A stretch of DNA of 45,170 nucleotides from an uncultured Clostridia bacterium (GCA_947253135.1 CAMXYS010000001.1:1-45170), one strand, 5' to 3'; shown: positions 35,269-45,170, numbered from the stretch's first letter. The notes: generated from the letters alone by a model not told the origin. Numbers and translations are program-made.

Positions 35269-36501
35269 TTATTTTTTGCTCTTTTTCATCGACTCAATGA
35301 TGGCATCAGCCAAGGCATCCATATCGCCGGTGTTAGCCTCATTTAAGGCTGAGTTGATGGTCACCCGTTCATTCAGCACATCCATCAGCTTCATGTTCTC
35401 GTCAAAGTAGGCTTCCATCAGGTCGCCCGAGGTACAAGCCCAAGTGCCGTTTTCAATAATCCCGACTGTGCGGTTTTGTACATTTAAGGCCGCCATGTCA
35501 TAGAGGAAATTTTGCATCTTGGGGTAGACCTTAAGGTTATAAGTCGGTGAAGCGACCACTAAGTGAGAATACTTAAAGACATCAGCAATCAGATAAGAAA
35601 TGTCCGTGCTGGAGACATCGTGGATCACAATGTCGGTCATGCCGCGCTCGCACAGCTTGATGGCCAAGGTTTGGGCTGTATACTCAGTGTTGCCGTACAT
35701 GGAGGCAAAGGCGATCGTGACACCCGTTTTTTCCGGTGTATAGGAGGACCACTTATCGTACTTATCCAAGATATAGCCAAAGTCACTGCGCCAGACTAAA
35801 CCGTGCAGCGGGCAGATAAATTTAACCTGTGGCAGGAGTGGGGCGGCCTTGGCTAAAACAGCTTGCACAAAGGGTCCGTACTTACCGACGATGTTGGTGT
35901 AGTAGCGGCGGGCCTGGTCCAACCAATCCCGGTCGAAGTCAACCTCATCGTTAAAGAGGCGACCATCCAGGGTGCCGAAAGAGCCGAAACCGTCAGCTGA
36001 AAAGAGGACACCATTGGTGACATCCAGGCTCATCAATACTTCCGGCCAGTGGACCATGGGCGCTTCGATAAAGGCCAGGGTGTGCTTCCCGAAGGTTATG
36101 GTGTCGCCTTCTTTTACCGTGATGAGATTGTCCTCGTGCAGGCGATGACCAAACTGGTGCATCATCTCAAAGCCCTGGCGGCTGCTGATGACCTTGACGT
36201 CCGGGTGACGCAGCACCATCTCTTCAATGGCGGCGCAGTGGTCCGGTTCCATGTGGTGGATCACCATATAGTCCAGAGGGCGGCCATTTAAGAGGGCGTC
36301 GACGTGGTCTATGTATTGACGGGCGACGGACCAGTCAATGGAATCAAAGAGGACGGTCTTTTCATCTAAGAGGAGGTAAGAGTTGTAAGAGACACCTTCG
36401 GGAATAGGGAAAATGTTCTCAAAGAGAGCCAGGCGGTAGTCGTTGGCACCGACCCAATATAAGTCGTCGGTTACTTTTCTGGTGGCAAAATGAAAATTCA
36501 T
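35269..36501 (-). CDS. Flavodiiron protein (type A flavoprotein, FprA-like: MBL-like diiron domain + flavodoxin domain)
   Basis: VIHHMEPDH (HxExDH diiron ligands), FGSFG, and the flavodoxin-like FASMYGNTE. GGAG SD. Confidence 0.85.
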   Translation of the reverse strand: MNFHFATRKVTDDLYWVGANDYRLALFENIFPIPEGVSYNSYLLLDEKTVLFDSIDWSVARQYIDHVDALLNGRPLDYMVIHHMEPDHCAAIEEMVLRHPDVKVISSRQGFEMMHQFGHRLHEDNLITVKEGDTITFGKHTLAFIEAPMVHWPEVLMSLDVTNGVLFSADGFGSFGTLDGRLFNDEVDFDRDWLDQARRYYTNIVGKYGPFVQAVLAKAAPLLPQVKFICPLHGLVWRSDFGYILDKYDKWSSYTPEKTGVTIAFASMYGNTEYTAQTLAIKLCERGMTDIVIHDVSSTDISYLIADVFKYSHLVVASPTYNLKVYPKMQNFLYDMAALNVQNRTVGIIENGTWACTSGDLMEAYFDENMKLMDVLNERVTINSALNEANTGDMDALADAIIESMKKSKK

Positions 36502-36612
36502 AATGATCTCCTTTGTATGTGTGCAGGTAGGAAGTGGAGGTGAGGCAGTGGCTCAGATCAGATTCACTGCCCCGCCCGTTTTGCAAAAATCCTAACCCTT
36601 TCGACGAACCGG

Positions 36613-38550
36613 TCAGCGGCGGTCTTCGGGGAAAACTTCCTCGATAAATGCACTCTTTTCTGAACCGCATTCCGGGCAGGTCCAGCCATCTTGAATTTGT
36701 TCAAACAGGGTGCCGGGCAGGACTTCGCCCTCGGGATCGCCTTCGTCCGGTTCGTACTCATAGCCGCAACCGGTGCAAACATAGACGCCGTAGTTAGGGG
36801 CCAATTTGCGCGGTTTGGAGCGGCGGACACGCTTCATCGGGGGAGCCGGCTTTTTCTCCGCACCGGTATCCAGAGCCGCGGCCAGGAGGGGTAAAACTTC
36901 CATTAAGTCCCCGACGATGCCATAGTCAGCGTTGCGGAAAATGGGTGCGTTGGCATTTTTGTTAATGGCCACAATAGTGCCCGCATTTTTAATCCCTTTC
37001 AGGTGCTGGGTCTGGCCGGAAATACCGCAGGCGATGTAAAGATTGCCATTAAATTTTTGTCCGGACATGCCGACGTAGCGGTTAAGCGGGAGATATTGCC
37101 AGGTTTCAGCCACCGGACGAGAAGAGCCCAGGGCGGCGCCGGCAGCCTTGGCCAAATCCTCGGCCAGCTTCATATTGTCCTTGTCACCGATGCCTTTGCC
37201 GACGCTGACAACCCGCTCGGCCTCGCTGATCGGGGTGTCAATGGGGATGCCGACGCTAAAGTCGTAACCGTCTTTCTTTAAGGATTCAACTAATTGATCG
37301 ACGGCCTCTTGCGGTGTGTCGGCCAGAATCATGTGCCGTTTGCGCTCGCCGGTTATGGCCTGCTTTTTCTCCGGAGCGGCTGCGGTTTTGCCCTTTTTGC
37401 CCCGTGACATCCGGCCGATGATGTGCGAGGCGATGACCACCCGTTGAATCTCGTTGGTACCTTCGTAGATGGTGGTAATTTTGACATCGCGGTAGTGGCG
37501 CTCAACTTCCATGCCTTTCAGGAAGCCGCTGCCACCGTGGATTTGTAGGGCGTCGTTGCAGATTTCCAGCGCCATGTCGGAGGCGTACTGTTTAGCCATG
37601 GCGGCTTCCATACTGTAGCGCTCGTGGTTTTGTTTCAATTCAGCTGCGCTGTAGATCATTAAACGGGCAGCCCGCAGCTTGGTGGCCATATCTGCCAGCT
37701 TAAAGGAGATACCTTGCTGTTGGGCGATGGGACGGCCAAATTGCACTCTTTCTTTAGCATATTGAAGGGCGCATTCATAAGCGCCTTGAGCGATACCCAG
37801 AGCCTGGGCAGCGATGCCGATACGGCCACCGTCCAAAGTTGCCATGGCAATGCGGAAGCCCTGTCCTTCTTGCCCCAGTAGGTTTTCGGCCGGAACTTTG
37901 ACATTGTTGAAGATCAGTTCAGCGGTGCTGGATGAGCGGATGCCTAATTTGTCATAGGGGTCACCAAAGCTAAAGCCGTCCCAGCCTTTTTCGACGATGA
38001 AGGCGCTGATGCCCTTGGTGCCAATGCCGGGTGTGGTGACGGCAAAGACAACGTAGATGTCGGCTTTAGGTGCATTGGTAATAAAGATTTTATTGCCGTT
38101 TAGAATATAGTGATCGCCCTCAAGTACAGCGGTAGTCTCTGTCTCACCGGCATCAGAGCCGGCATTTTCTTCAGTCAAGCCGAAGGCGCCGATCTTTTCG
38201 CCGGTCGCCAGGGGGCGGAGGTATTTTTCCTTTTGCTCATCTGTGCCGTAGGCGGCGATGGGATAAGAACCAAGTGAAGTGTGGGCGGACAAGATGACGC
38301 CGCAACCGCCGTCCACCCGGGAGAGTTCTTCGACTGCGATGGCGTAACTGATCACATCTTCGCCGGCGCCACCGTACTCTTTGTCGTAGGGCAGACCCAT
38401 GATGCCCAAGTCTCTCATCTTGTGGACAATCTCAGTGGGAAACTCACTCTTTTGGTCTAATTGGAAGGCAATCGGTTTAATTTCCGTCTCGGCGAAATTT
38501 CTCACCTTAGCCCTTAATTCTTCGTGTTTCTCTGTTGTTTGATACAACAT
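36613..38550 (-). CDS. Fusion protein: acyl-CoA dehydrogenase + electron-transfer-flavoprotein alpha C-terminal (FAD) domain + rubredoxin
   Basis: The ACAD region (about aa 1-380) has [20 protein letters not shown] and YEGTNEIQR. The EtfA-like region has [44 protein letters not shown]. The rubredoxin has C592xxC595...C625xxC628 ([10 protein letters not shown]...WTCPECG). Confidence 0.85.
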   Translation of the reverse strand: MLYQTTEKHEELRAKVRNFAETEIKPIAFQLDQKSEFPTEIVHKMRDLGIMGLPYDKEYGGAGEDVISYAIAVEELSRVDGGCGVILSAHTSLGSYPIAAYGTDEQKEKYLRPLATGEKIGAFGLTEENAGSDAGETETTAVLEGDHYILNGNKIFITNAPKADIYVVFAVTTPGIGTKGISAFIVEKGWDGFSFGDPYDKLGIRSSSTAELIFNNVKVPAENLLGQEGQGFRIAMATLDGGRIGIAAQALGIAQGAYECALQYAKERVQFGRPIAQQQGISFKLADMATKLRAARLMIYSAAELKQNHERYSMEAAMAKQYASDMALEICNDALQIHGGSGFLKGMEVERHYRDVKITTIYEGTNEIQRVVIASHIIGRMSRGKKGKTAAAPEKKQAITGERKRHMILADTPQEAVDQLVESLKKDGYDFSVGIPIDTPISEAERVVSVGKGIGDKDNMKLAEDLAKAAGAALGSSRPVAETWQYLPLNRYVGMSGQKFNGNLYIACGISGQTQHLKGIKNAGTIVAINKNANAPIFRNADYGIVGDLMEVLPLLAAALDTGAEKKPAPPMKRVRRSKPRKLAPNYGVYVCTGCGYEYEPDEGDPEGEVLPGTLFEQIQDGWTCPECGSEKSAFIEEVFPEDRR

Positions 38551-38729
38551 AGCCGCCTCTCTTTCTGTCGTCTAGGCTTTGACTTCATTTGGATAAAGTG
38601 CACAAGACAACTCAGATTAAATGAGCTGTTGTCGACATAGTAGCAAATTGAACTAAATAAATGAAGGGGGTTTTGATTTTAATTATTAATTTTATTTTAA
38701 CTACTGAGAGAGGGGTCAAAGGGGGAGTG

Positions 38730-39581
38730 TTAAAGAGCAGATTTACGGAAGACGGAAGGTGAAAGTCCGGTCTTTGCCTTGAAAGCTTTGCTGAATCCTG
38801 CCACATGGCGATAGCCGATTTCATTGGAAATAGCTTCAATTTGTAGGGAGGTCTCTTTGAGTAGCGATTTGGCTTTCGTGAAACGTAAATTCATCAGATA
38901 CTCGTGTACAGTTTGTCCGATGGATTGACGGAATAATCGGTTTAGTTGAGAAGCACTCAGGTGACAGTGTCGGGCGATTTCTATAACAGAAAGGTCTGTT
39001 TGCAAATTGTTTGCCATAAAATCTTGAGCTTTCAAGATGACACCAGGTAATTGGTCTCGGCTGTTGACGGGGTAGAACATGTGGCACAAGAGGCGGTGAA
39101 GAATACAAGAAATATTATTTTCCTCAATACGTCCATTGTCTCTCAATTCTTGCAAAATATTTTTTAATATTAATATTCGCGGATCCGGTTCAAGTTCATG
39201 TGTAAAAACAGGTGGGATTAAGCTTCCGCATGAGATCATTTCCGAGTAAAAAGCGGCCGTATTGGCGCCGTCAAAATGTAGCCAAATATATTCCAGCTCC
39301 CCAACAGCGAAGTAGCGGTGCGGCAGATGGCAATTAAGAAAAGCCATTCCACCTTTGCCAACGCGAGCTTGCAGGTTTCCATTTTCTACAAATAGTTCAC
39401 CATTAAGTACATAGGCTAATAAGTATCCCGGATAGAATTGGCGTTTGACCTGGTAGTCGGGTGAACAATAAAAATGCCCCATGCGCTGCAGATAATAAAG
39501 TATGGCGATCGCTCGACTTGAGGGGGTCAGTTCAAAAAAAAGAGATTGCTCAGCAACACCTTTTTCGTACGGTAGTTTCAT
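38730..39581 (-). CDS. AraC-family transcriptional regulator (cupin sensor + HTH)
   Basis: The C-terminal IARHCHLSASQLNRLFRQSIGQTVHEYLMNLRFTKAKSLL...IGYRHVAGFSKAFKAKTGLSP. Confidence 0.85.
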   Translation of the reverse strand: MKLPYEKGVAEQSLFFELTPSSRAIAILYYLQRMGHFYCSPDYQVKRQFYPGYLLAYVLNGELFVENGNLQARVGKGGMAFLNCHLPHRYFAVGELEYIWLHFDGANTAAFYSEMISCGSLIPPVFTHELEPDPRILILKNILQELRDNGRIEENNISCILHRLLCHMFYPVNSRDQLPGVILKAQDFMANNLQTDLSVIEIARHCHLSASQLNRLFRQSIGQTVHEYLMNLRFTKAKSLLKETSLQIEAISNEIGYRHVAGFSKAFKAKTGLSPSVFRKSAL

Positions 39582-39773
39582 TTTCCACCTCTTCTAGTAT
39601 TGGATTGGGTTCGAGATTAGTTTCCCGTTGCCTAATTTGAACATATTTATGCTTGGAAAGGCAAAAAAAAGATAAATTTAGTGCCTATGATGATAACTAA
39701 GTTGCTTTAGACACCCAATGATAGCAACGGAAATACAATCTGTGATTAAAACTGTGAACGAGGAGGGTCGAAG

Positions 39774-40784
39774 ATGAAAAAAGATAAAATTAGAGTCGGC
39801 ATAATTGGTGCGGGCGGTACGATTGGGCGCTTCCATACCCACTTATTAGCTGAAGTTGTTCCGGGAGCAGAGGTTGTGCTATTACAGGATATTAGACCGG
39901 AAGTTTGCGGCGATCAAAGTAAACGCTGGAATTTATCAACTTGCCGAGATGGAAATGAGTTAATCCATTCTCCGGAAGTAGAAGCTGTAGTTATCGCCTC
40001 CTGGGATGAAACACATGCTGATTATGTTAGAGAGTGCCTGGCTGCTGGGAAACCGGTCTTTTGTGAAAAACCATTAGCAACAAATGTTGAGGATGCAATT
40101 GATGTCTTAGAAGCTGCTAAGAGAAGCCCCAAAGCATCTGTACAAGTCGGTTTTATGAGACGTTTTGACCCTTACTATGTCGAGCTGAAGGCGGCCTTGG
40201 ATTCTGGTGATTATGGTGCGCCCTTGATGATGCATTGTGTTAGCAGGACACCGGCGGTTGACAACAGACATACTAGTGAGATGCATGTCACTAACATCGT
40301 AATCCATGAGATCGATTGTTGTCGCTGGCTTTTGGGTGAAGATTTATTAAAAGGTCAGATGGTCTGGGGGCGGTCAACCGGTTTTGCTAAGCCGGGTTTA
40401 GCTGATCCGCAATTAGCGCTGATGTGGTCTCAGAGCGGTGTTCTAATAGATGTTGAAGCGGCGGCCAATGCTCATTATGGCTACGAGATCGGTTGTGAAG
40501 TTGTTTGCGAAAAAGGTACGCTCACTTTAGGTCAGCCACCGAGTTTAGTGACCCGTTTCAAGGGGGGCTACCAAAGTAGTATTACTGCTTCTTGGCAAGA
40601 CCGTTTTGCTGTAGCTTATGAGGAAGAACTATCACATTGGATAGAAGGACTTCACAAAGAGGAAGGTACGTCAAACAATGCTCCCGGTGTTGAAGATGGC
40701 TTTCAAGCTTGCTTGACAGCAGATGCTTTGCTTCGCTCGATAAAGTCTAAGCAAATAGAGCAAATACAACAGCCGTTGAAATAA
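39774..40784 (+). CDS. Gfo/Idh/MocA-family oxidoreductase (inositol 2-dehydrogenase-like)
   Basis: IRVGIIGAGGTIGRFH, GKPVFCEKPLA, GFMRRFDP. Confidence 0.8.
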   Translation: MKKDKIRVGIIGAGGTIGRFHTHLLAEVVPGAEVVLLQDIRPEVCGDQSKRWNLSTCRDGNELIHSPEVEAVVIASWDETHADYVRECLAAGKPVFCEKPLATNVEDAIDVLEAAKRSPKASVQVGFMRRFDPYYVELKAALDSGDYGAPLMMHCVSRTPAVDNRHTSEMHVTNIVIHEIDCCRWLLGEDLLKGQMVWGRSTGFAKPGLADPQLALMWSQSGVLIDVEAAANAHYGYEIGCEVVCEKGTLTLGQPPSLVTRFKGGYQSSITASWQDRFAVAYEEELSHWIEGLHKEEGTSNNAPGVEDGFQACLTADALLRSIKSKQIEQIQQPLK

Positions 40785-40802
40785 GAGAGGCGAGAATAAG
40801 AG

Positions 40803-41948
40803 ATGAGACCTTTAAGATTTGGAATGGTAGGTGGTGGTAAGGATTCTTTCATAGGTCCGGCCCATGTGATGGGAGCACAGATGGACGGATTGGCCAGACT
40901 TGTAGCGGGATGTTTTTCTAGAACCGCGGAGCGCAATCTTGAAAGTGGTTCTTTTTATTGTATCCCGCAAGATCGACTTTATCCTGACTATGTGACCATG
41001 TTGCAAGCTGAATCTGCTCGAGAAGATGGCATCGATTTTGTTATTATCGCCACGCCAAATTACTTACACGCCCCGGTGGCACAGGCTTTTATAGACGCAA
41101 GGATTCATGTTTCTTGTGATAAACCGGTGGCACTTAGCCTGGCCGAGGCCAAATCTTTGCACAAGTCGGCTGTGGAAAAAGATTGTCTTTTCGGTGTCAG
41201 TTATACATATGCCAATTACCCGATGGTTCGACAAATGCAAGGTATGGTAGAAAAGGGGTTTATCGGCAACTTGGTAAATGTGGTTGCCCTCTACCCGCAG
41301 GACTGGGTGTTGGCTGATGTGGCTGCTGATAAGCATCCGGAAAAAGCTTGGCGGTTTAACACAAATTTTGCCGGTCATTCAGCGGCTACGGCTGATATTG
41401 GGACCCATCTCAGTTGTATGGTAGAAAGAGTGACGGGGAAACGCATTACTCGAGTGATGTCAGAGATAAATCATATTCCAGAATATATGCCCCTAGAAAC
41501 AGATGTTAAGGTGATGTTTCGTTTAGAAGGCGGCAGCAACGGGTTGCTCTGGGCTTCTCAAGCAGCAATAGGGCATGCTTGCGATGTGAGTTTGATGGTA
41601 TATGGGGATCAGGGATCACTGCAGTGGAGTCACAAGGATCCAGGAAAGCTTATCTGTACCAAAGTTAACCAAGCACCTTTTACTTTAATGGCAGGTTCAA
41701 TGGAACTTTTTCCGGAAGTCAGGGGTATGTGTCGACTCCCGGCCGGTCATCCAGAAGGTTTTTTTGAAGCTTTTGGATGTTACTATCAAGCTTTTTGTAA
41801 GCATATAGTTGCTAAAAAAGAAGGGGAGCCTTTTGTTGATCGAAGTCAACTTTCCTCTTACACTGATATTGAGGATGGTTTAAGGAGTCTTTCCTTTGTG
41901 GAAGCATGTTTGGAGAGCGCCCAAAAAGAGCACCCTGTTAGTTTGTAA
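40803..41948 (+). CDS. Gfo/Idh/MocA-family oxidoreductase
   Basis: LRFGMVGGGKDSFIGPAH, IIATPNYLHAPVA, HVSCDKPVA. Confidence 0.75.
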   Translation: MRPLRFGMVGGGKDSFIGPAHVMGAQMDGLARLVAGCFSRTAERNLESGSFYCIPQDRLYPDYVTMLQAESAREDGIDFVIIATPNYLHAPVAQAFIDARIHVSCDKPVALSLAEAKSLHKSAVEKDCLFGVSYTYANYPMVRQMQGMVEKGFIGNLVNVVALYPQDWVLADVAADKHPEKAWRFNTNFAGHSAATADIGTHLSCMVERVTGKRITRVMSEINHIPEYMPLETDVKVMFRLEGGSNGLLWASQAAIGHACDVSLMVYGDQGSLQWSHKDPGKLICTKVNQAPFTLMAGSMELFPEVRGMCRLPAGHPEGFFEAFGCYYQAFCKHIVAKKEGEPFVDRSQLSSYTDIEDGLRSLSFVEACLESAQKEHPVSL

Positions 41949-41997
41949 TATCGGATTAAAAGTTCGGTTTAAACCTACAATTCAATAGAAATGAATG

Positions 41998-42030
41998 AAG
42001 GAGAGTGAGCTAATTCACTCTCCTTTAATT
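41998..42030 (+). terminator. Rho-independent terminator after the oxidoreductase pair
   Basis: AAGGAGAGTGA-GCTAAT-TCACTCTCCTT followed by TAATTT. Confidence 0.65.
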
Positions 42031-42253
42031 TAGAAATTCATGTCATCAAGATCGAATAAAAAAGGAAAATGACTGCAATTTATGTATAGATGGCACAATT
42101 TTGTGCATTAACAAGGCCATGGACTGATGCTAATATGCACATAGGAAATCAGAAAAAAAAGCTGATTTTTCGCAAAGTGCACGATTGCGAGTGGTACGAG
42201 GAATGCTTTTCAGAAACACATCAATAGAGTGTTGCTTAAAACGGAGGAGAAAA

Positions 42254-43282
42254 ATGAAAATGAAGAGAATACTGGCCGGCATGGCCTCTCTTTTGTCAAT
42301 TGCTATGCTGGCTTCTTGTGGAGGTTCAGGCGAAAAAGGTGGCACTGAGCAGTCGACAGACGGGGCAAAATCCTCTGCTGAGACAAGTCAAGAGTCTGGT
42401 GCTAAAACCGGTGACGCTAGTGACAAGACCATTGCAGTTGTCTTTAAAACATTGTCAGCAGAATATTGGAAAACGATGGAAGCCGGTGCTCAGAAGGCGG
42501 CAGATGAGTTGGGTGTCAATGTTACAATCTTAGGCCCGAATGCCGAAAGTGAAATCGCTCAACAAGTCACTCAAATTGAAGAGCAAATTTCTGCCGGTGT
42601 AGATGCAATTTGTGTAGCTCCTTGCGAAGAAAGTGCTGTAATCGGTGCTTTGCAGCCGGCTGTTGGTAAAATCCCGGTTTTGATGGTTGACACTGATGCA
42701 GCCTTAGAGGGGAAAACGGCCTTTATTGGAACCGGTAATACAAAAGCGGCCAAGCTTGGTGGTGATTACATTGCCAAAGAACTGGGTGGTAAAGGTAATG
42801 CGATTCTGATTGGTGGGCAACAAGGTGAAGTAACGAGTGCCCAGCGTCTGGATGGCTTTCGTCAAGGTCTGGAAGAGGGTGGCATCAAAGTGCTGGAAGA
42901 GCAGTTTGGTAACAATACCGCTGACCAAGCCATGGCTGTTATGGAAGACTTATTGACCAAGTATCCGGGCGAAATTGATGCTGTTTTGGCTATGAATGAT
43001 GATATGGCTATTGGTATTCAACAAGCATGCGAAAATGCCGGTGTGGAAGGTATTCGGATTGTTGGTTTCAACGCTGATGAGGGCGCCATTCAACTGGTTG
43101 AAGCTGGCAAGTTAGATGCAACAATTGCGCAACAACCTTATCAAATGGGATATCAGTGTGTTCAAGAAGCTTTCAAGGCCATTCAAGGTGAAGACATTGA
43201 AGCACATCAAGATGTTCCGGCGGAATTGATAACGAAAGATAACGTAGCTGAATTTAAAGCTAAGCAGGCTGAATTAAAGTAA
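42254..43282 (+). CDS. Sugar ABC transporter substrate-binding lipoprotein (RbsB/periplasmic-binding type I)
   Basis: MKMKRILAGMASLLSIAMLASCGG (lipobox). GGAGGAG SD at 42243..42249. AVVFKTLSAEYW, NDDMAIG. Confidence 0.85.
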   Translation: MKMKRILAGMASLLSIAMLASCGGSGEKGGTEQSTDGAKSSAETSQESGAKTGDASDKTIAVVFKTLSAEYWKTMEAGAQKAADELGVNVTILGPNAESEIAQQVTQIEEQISAGVDAICVAPCEESAVIGALQPAVGKIPVLMVDTDAALEGKTAFIGTGNTKAAKLGGDYIAKELGGKGNAILIGGQQGEVTSAQRLDGFRQGLEEGGIKVLEEQFGNNTADQAMAVMEDLLTKYPGEIDAVLAMNDDMAIGIQQACENAGVEGIRIVGFNADEGAIQLVEAGKLDATIAQQPYQMGYQCVQEAFKAIQGEDIEAHQDVPAELITKDNVAEFKAKQAELK

Positions 43283-43288
43283 GTTGTG

Positions 43289-43363
43289 AGGAGCACCCCT
43301 ACGACCGGAACTGTGTAGGATTGGACGACAATCCAAACAGAAGGCGGGGGGTGCTTTTTTTTT
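43289..43363 (+). terminator. Compound hairpin + T9 run between the binding-protein and ATPase genes (terminator/attenuator)
   Basis: The outer stem is GCACCCC (43293..43299) / GGGGTGC (43348..43354). It encloses an inner hairpin GGATTG-GACGA-CAATCC, and TTTTTTTTT follows. Confidence 0.55.
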
Positions 43364-43384
43364 GAAGGAAAGGGGGACTTGTGC

Positions 43385-44890
43385 ATGAGTGAATTTGTAG
43401 CAGAAATTCGTGGAGCAACCAAACGTTTTCCAGGCGTTATTGCCCTGAAGGATATGCAAATTCAGATCCGCCCCGGCGAAGTACATGGTTTAATCGGAGA
43501 AAATGGAGCCGGAAAATCTACTCTAATCAAGTATCTGACTGGTGTTCATAAGGTTGATGAAGGGAAGATGTGGGTAGATGGTCAAGAGGTTGTATTTAAT
43601 AACCCAAACGATGCTAGGGCGGCCGGCATATCTTGTGTTTATCAAGAATTAAACATCGTTAAATTACTTTCAATTACAGATAATATTTTTATGGGGCAGT
43701 GTCTAAAAAAGAAAAATGGCTTTTTAGACTATGATGAGATGCACCGGCAGGCCAAGGCGGCCATGCAAACCCTAGGTCAAGATGTCGACGTTCGTAAGGA
43801 ATGCGGTAAGTTTGGCATGGGCATCCAGCAGATGGTAGAAATTGGCAAAGCCGTTCAGCAGCACGCTAAGCTAATTATCATGGATGAGCCTACTTCCAGT
43901 TTGGGTGAAAAAGAAGTTGAACAGCTGATGCAAACAATTCGCACACTTAAAGCAAATGGCGTAGCTATCTTGTTTGTTTCACATAAGCTGGAAGAACTGT
44001 TTGAAATTTGTGACCGCGTTACGGTAATGCGTGACGGTGAATACATTATGACAGAGGACATAGACACCCTAACAAATGATAAATTAATTTCTGCCATGGT
44101 CGGCCGAAGCCTAGACAACTTATTTCCGAAGGAGTTTGCCGAACAGGGTGATGTTGCACTTGAAGTCAAGAATTTAAATTCTGCCGGTGTCGTGAACGAT
44201 GTTTCTTTTAAAGCCTATAGAGGAGAGATTTTAGGCTTTGCAGGCTTGGTAGGAGCAGGCCGAACAGAGACTTTCCGGCTTATTTTCGGTGCAGATGCAA
44301 AAGATAGCGGTGAAATTTACATCGATGGAGATAAAGTAAAAATAACATCTCCTAAGGAAGCAATTGAGCATAAACTCGGACTGCTGACAGAAGATCGAAA
44401 AGGCCAAGGTCTCATCTTGTCTCAAACTGTCAAAAACAATTTGATGTTAGCCAGTCTGAAAAATTACAAGAAGGGCCTTTTTTTAGATGATGAGGCTATG
44501 GAGAACCGCTCTCAAGAAAATATAGATGAACTTAGGATAAAAACACCCGATACAAAAACGCCGGTTGGTCAACTTTCCGGTGGTAATCAGCAAAAAGTCG
44601 TTATCGGTAAATGGCTAAATTCAGATATCGATATTTTTGTTTTTGATGAACCTACTCGAGGAATTGACGTTGGAGCTAAAATTGAAGTTTATAACGTTAT
44701 GAACGATCTGGTTAAACAAAATAAGTGTGTCATCATGATTTCCTCTGAATTACCGGAGATTTTAGGCATGAGTGATCGAGTTATCGTTATGCGCAGTGGC
44801 CGGATAATGGCGGAAATAGGACGTGATGAACTCCACTTTAATCAGGAATCTATTATGAAAGCGGCATGGGGAGGCAAACTCAATGAGTGA
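43385..44890 (+). CDS. Sugar ABC transporter ATP-binding protein (two ABC domains, RbsA/MglA type)
   Basis: GENGAGKST (Walker A), LIIMDEPTSSL, a second-domain signature LSGGNQQK and VFDEPTRGID. ATG 43385 follows GGGGGA. Confidence 0.9.
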   Translation: MSEFVAEIRGATKRFPGVIALKDMQIQIRPGEVHGLIGENGAGKSTLIKYLTGVHKVDEGKMWVDGQEVVFNNPNDARAAGISCVYQELNIVKLLSITDNIFMGQCLKKKNGFLDYDEMHRQAKAAMQTLGQDVDVRKECGKFGMGIQQMVEIGKAVQQHAKLIIMDEPTSSLGEKEVEQLMQTIRTLKANGVAILFVSHKLEELFEICDRVTVMRDGEYIMTEDIDTLTNDKLISAMVGRSLDNLFPKEFAEQGDVALEVKNLNSAGVVNDVSFKAYRGEILGFAGLVGAGRTETFRLIFGADAKDSGEIYIDGDKVKITSPKEAIEHKLGLLTEDRKGQGLILSQTVKNNLMLASLKNYKKGLFLDDEAMENRSQENIDELRIKTPDTKTPVGQLSGGNQQKVVIGKWLNSDIDIFVFDEPTRGIDVGAKIEVYNVMNDLVKQNKCVIMISSELPEILGMSDRVIVMRSGRIMAEIGRDELHFNQESIMKAAWGGKLNE

Positions 44891-45121
44891 AGTAAAGAAA
44901 AAAACAACAGTTAAGGATCTGTTGATGAAGTTGGGCCCTTTGATGGCGTTAATATTAATGTGCTTGGTATTGACGATTGCAACAGATAAGTTTTTCCATT
45001 ACAACAACTTTATGAATATTCTGAAACAGGCCTCAATCAACTGTTTGATATCAGCAGGTATGTTGATTGTTTTAATTACGGCGGGTATTGATTTATCAGT
45101 TGGTAGTAACTGTGTGCTCGC
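44883..45121 (+). CDS. Sugar ABC transporter permease (RbsC type), 5' part only; truncated by the contig/adapter end
   Basis: Hand translation gives MSEVKKKTTVKDLLMKLGPLMALILMCLVLTIATDKFFHYNNFMNILKQASINCLISAGMLIVLITAGIDLSVGSN. The start overlaps the ATPase stop. Confidence 0.8.
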
Positions 45122-45170
45122 CTGTCTCTTATACACATCTCCGAGCCCACGAGACGTCCTGGATAATCTC
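45122..45170. other. Illumina Nextera adapter, not genomic: mosaic end + Read-2 adapter CTGTCTCTTATACACATCTCCGAGCCCACGAGAC, 10-nt i7-like index GTCCTGGATA, and the start of the P7 tail ATCTC
   Basis: Exact 34-nt match at 45122..45155. The remaining 15 nt fit index + ATCTCGTATGCC... Confidence 0.95.

Overview
Only 46..45121 is genomic. Positions 1..45 and 45122..45170 are Illumina Nextera adapter and index sequence. The host looks like a Gram-positive-type anaerobe of roughly 50% G+C (judged by eye). The signs are strong GGAGG Shine-Dalgarno sites, many TAATG/TGATG-coupled genes, an ECF ThiW component, lipobox lipoproteins, NfnAB-like genes and a flavodiiron protein. Left to right the window contains: (i) An operon of archaeal-type (class II) GAPDH, archaeal-type PGK and a split transketolase. 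(ii) An accessory island at about 4.62-14.4 kb with no integrase. It holds two tandem minus-strand cassettes (DUF4417-like protein, small HxH protein, small companion protein); the second cassette carries an exact in-frame 531-nt deletion of the DUF4417 gene. A plus-strand three-gene RM-like locus follows: an NPPY-less methyltransferase-fold protein, a 1442-aa GIY-YIG/T5orf172 + SF2 ATPase + N6-adenine methyltransferase fusion, and an AlbA_2/HATPase_c_4-type protein. The island ends in an iteron-like repeat array. (iii) pip, an MBL-fold hydrolase, gdhA, a decayed DUF3137/lemA pair, a DNA alkylation repair protein and a rhodanese lipoprotein. (iv) A TPP-riboswitch-controlled thiW-thiM-thiE-thiD-tenA operon. 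(v) A radical SAM protein, msrAB, an NfnAB-like pair, ybaK and a GNAT. (vi) An IS200/IS605 element with divergent tnpA and a frameshifted tnpB. (vii) A WrbA-like/pirin/MarR operon, a decayed NADH-oxidase relic, and a flavodiiron protein next to an acyl-CoA dehydrogenase + EtfA C-terminal domain + rubredoxin fusion. (viii) An AraC regulator, two Gfo/Idh/MocA oxidoreductases and a ribose-type ABC transporter cut by the contig end. I saw no tRNA, rRNA or CRISPR array. The best candidates for undescribed biology are the loci at 7254..13955 and 4641..7013. All family assignments come from motif recognition by eye and need HMM/BLAST confirmation.
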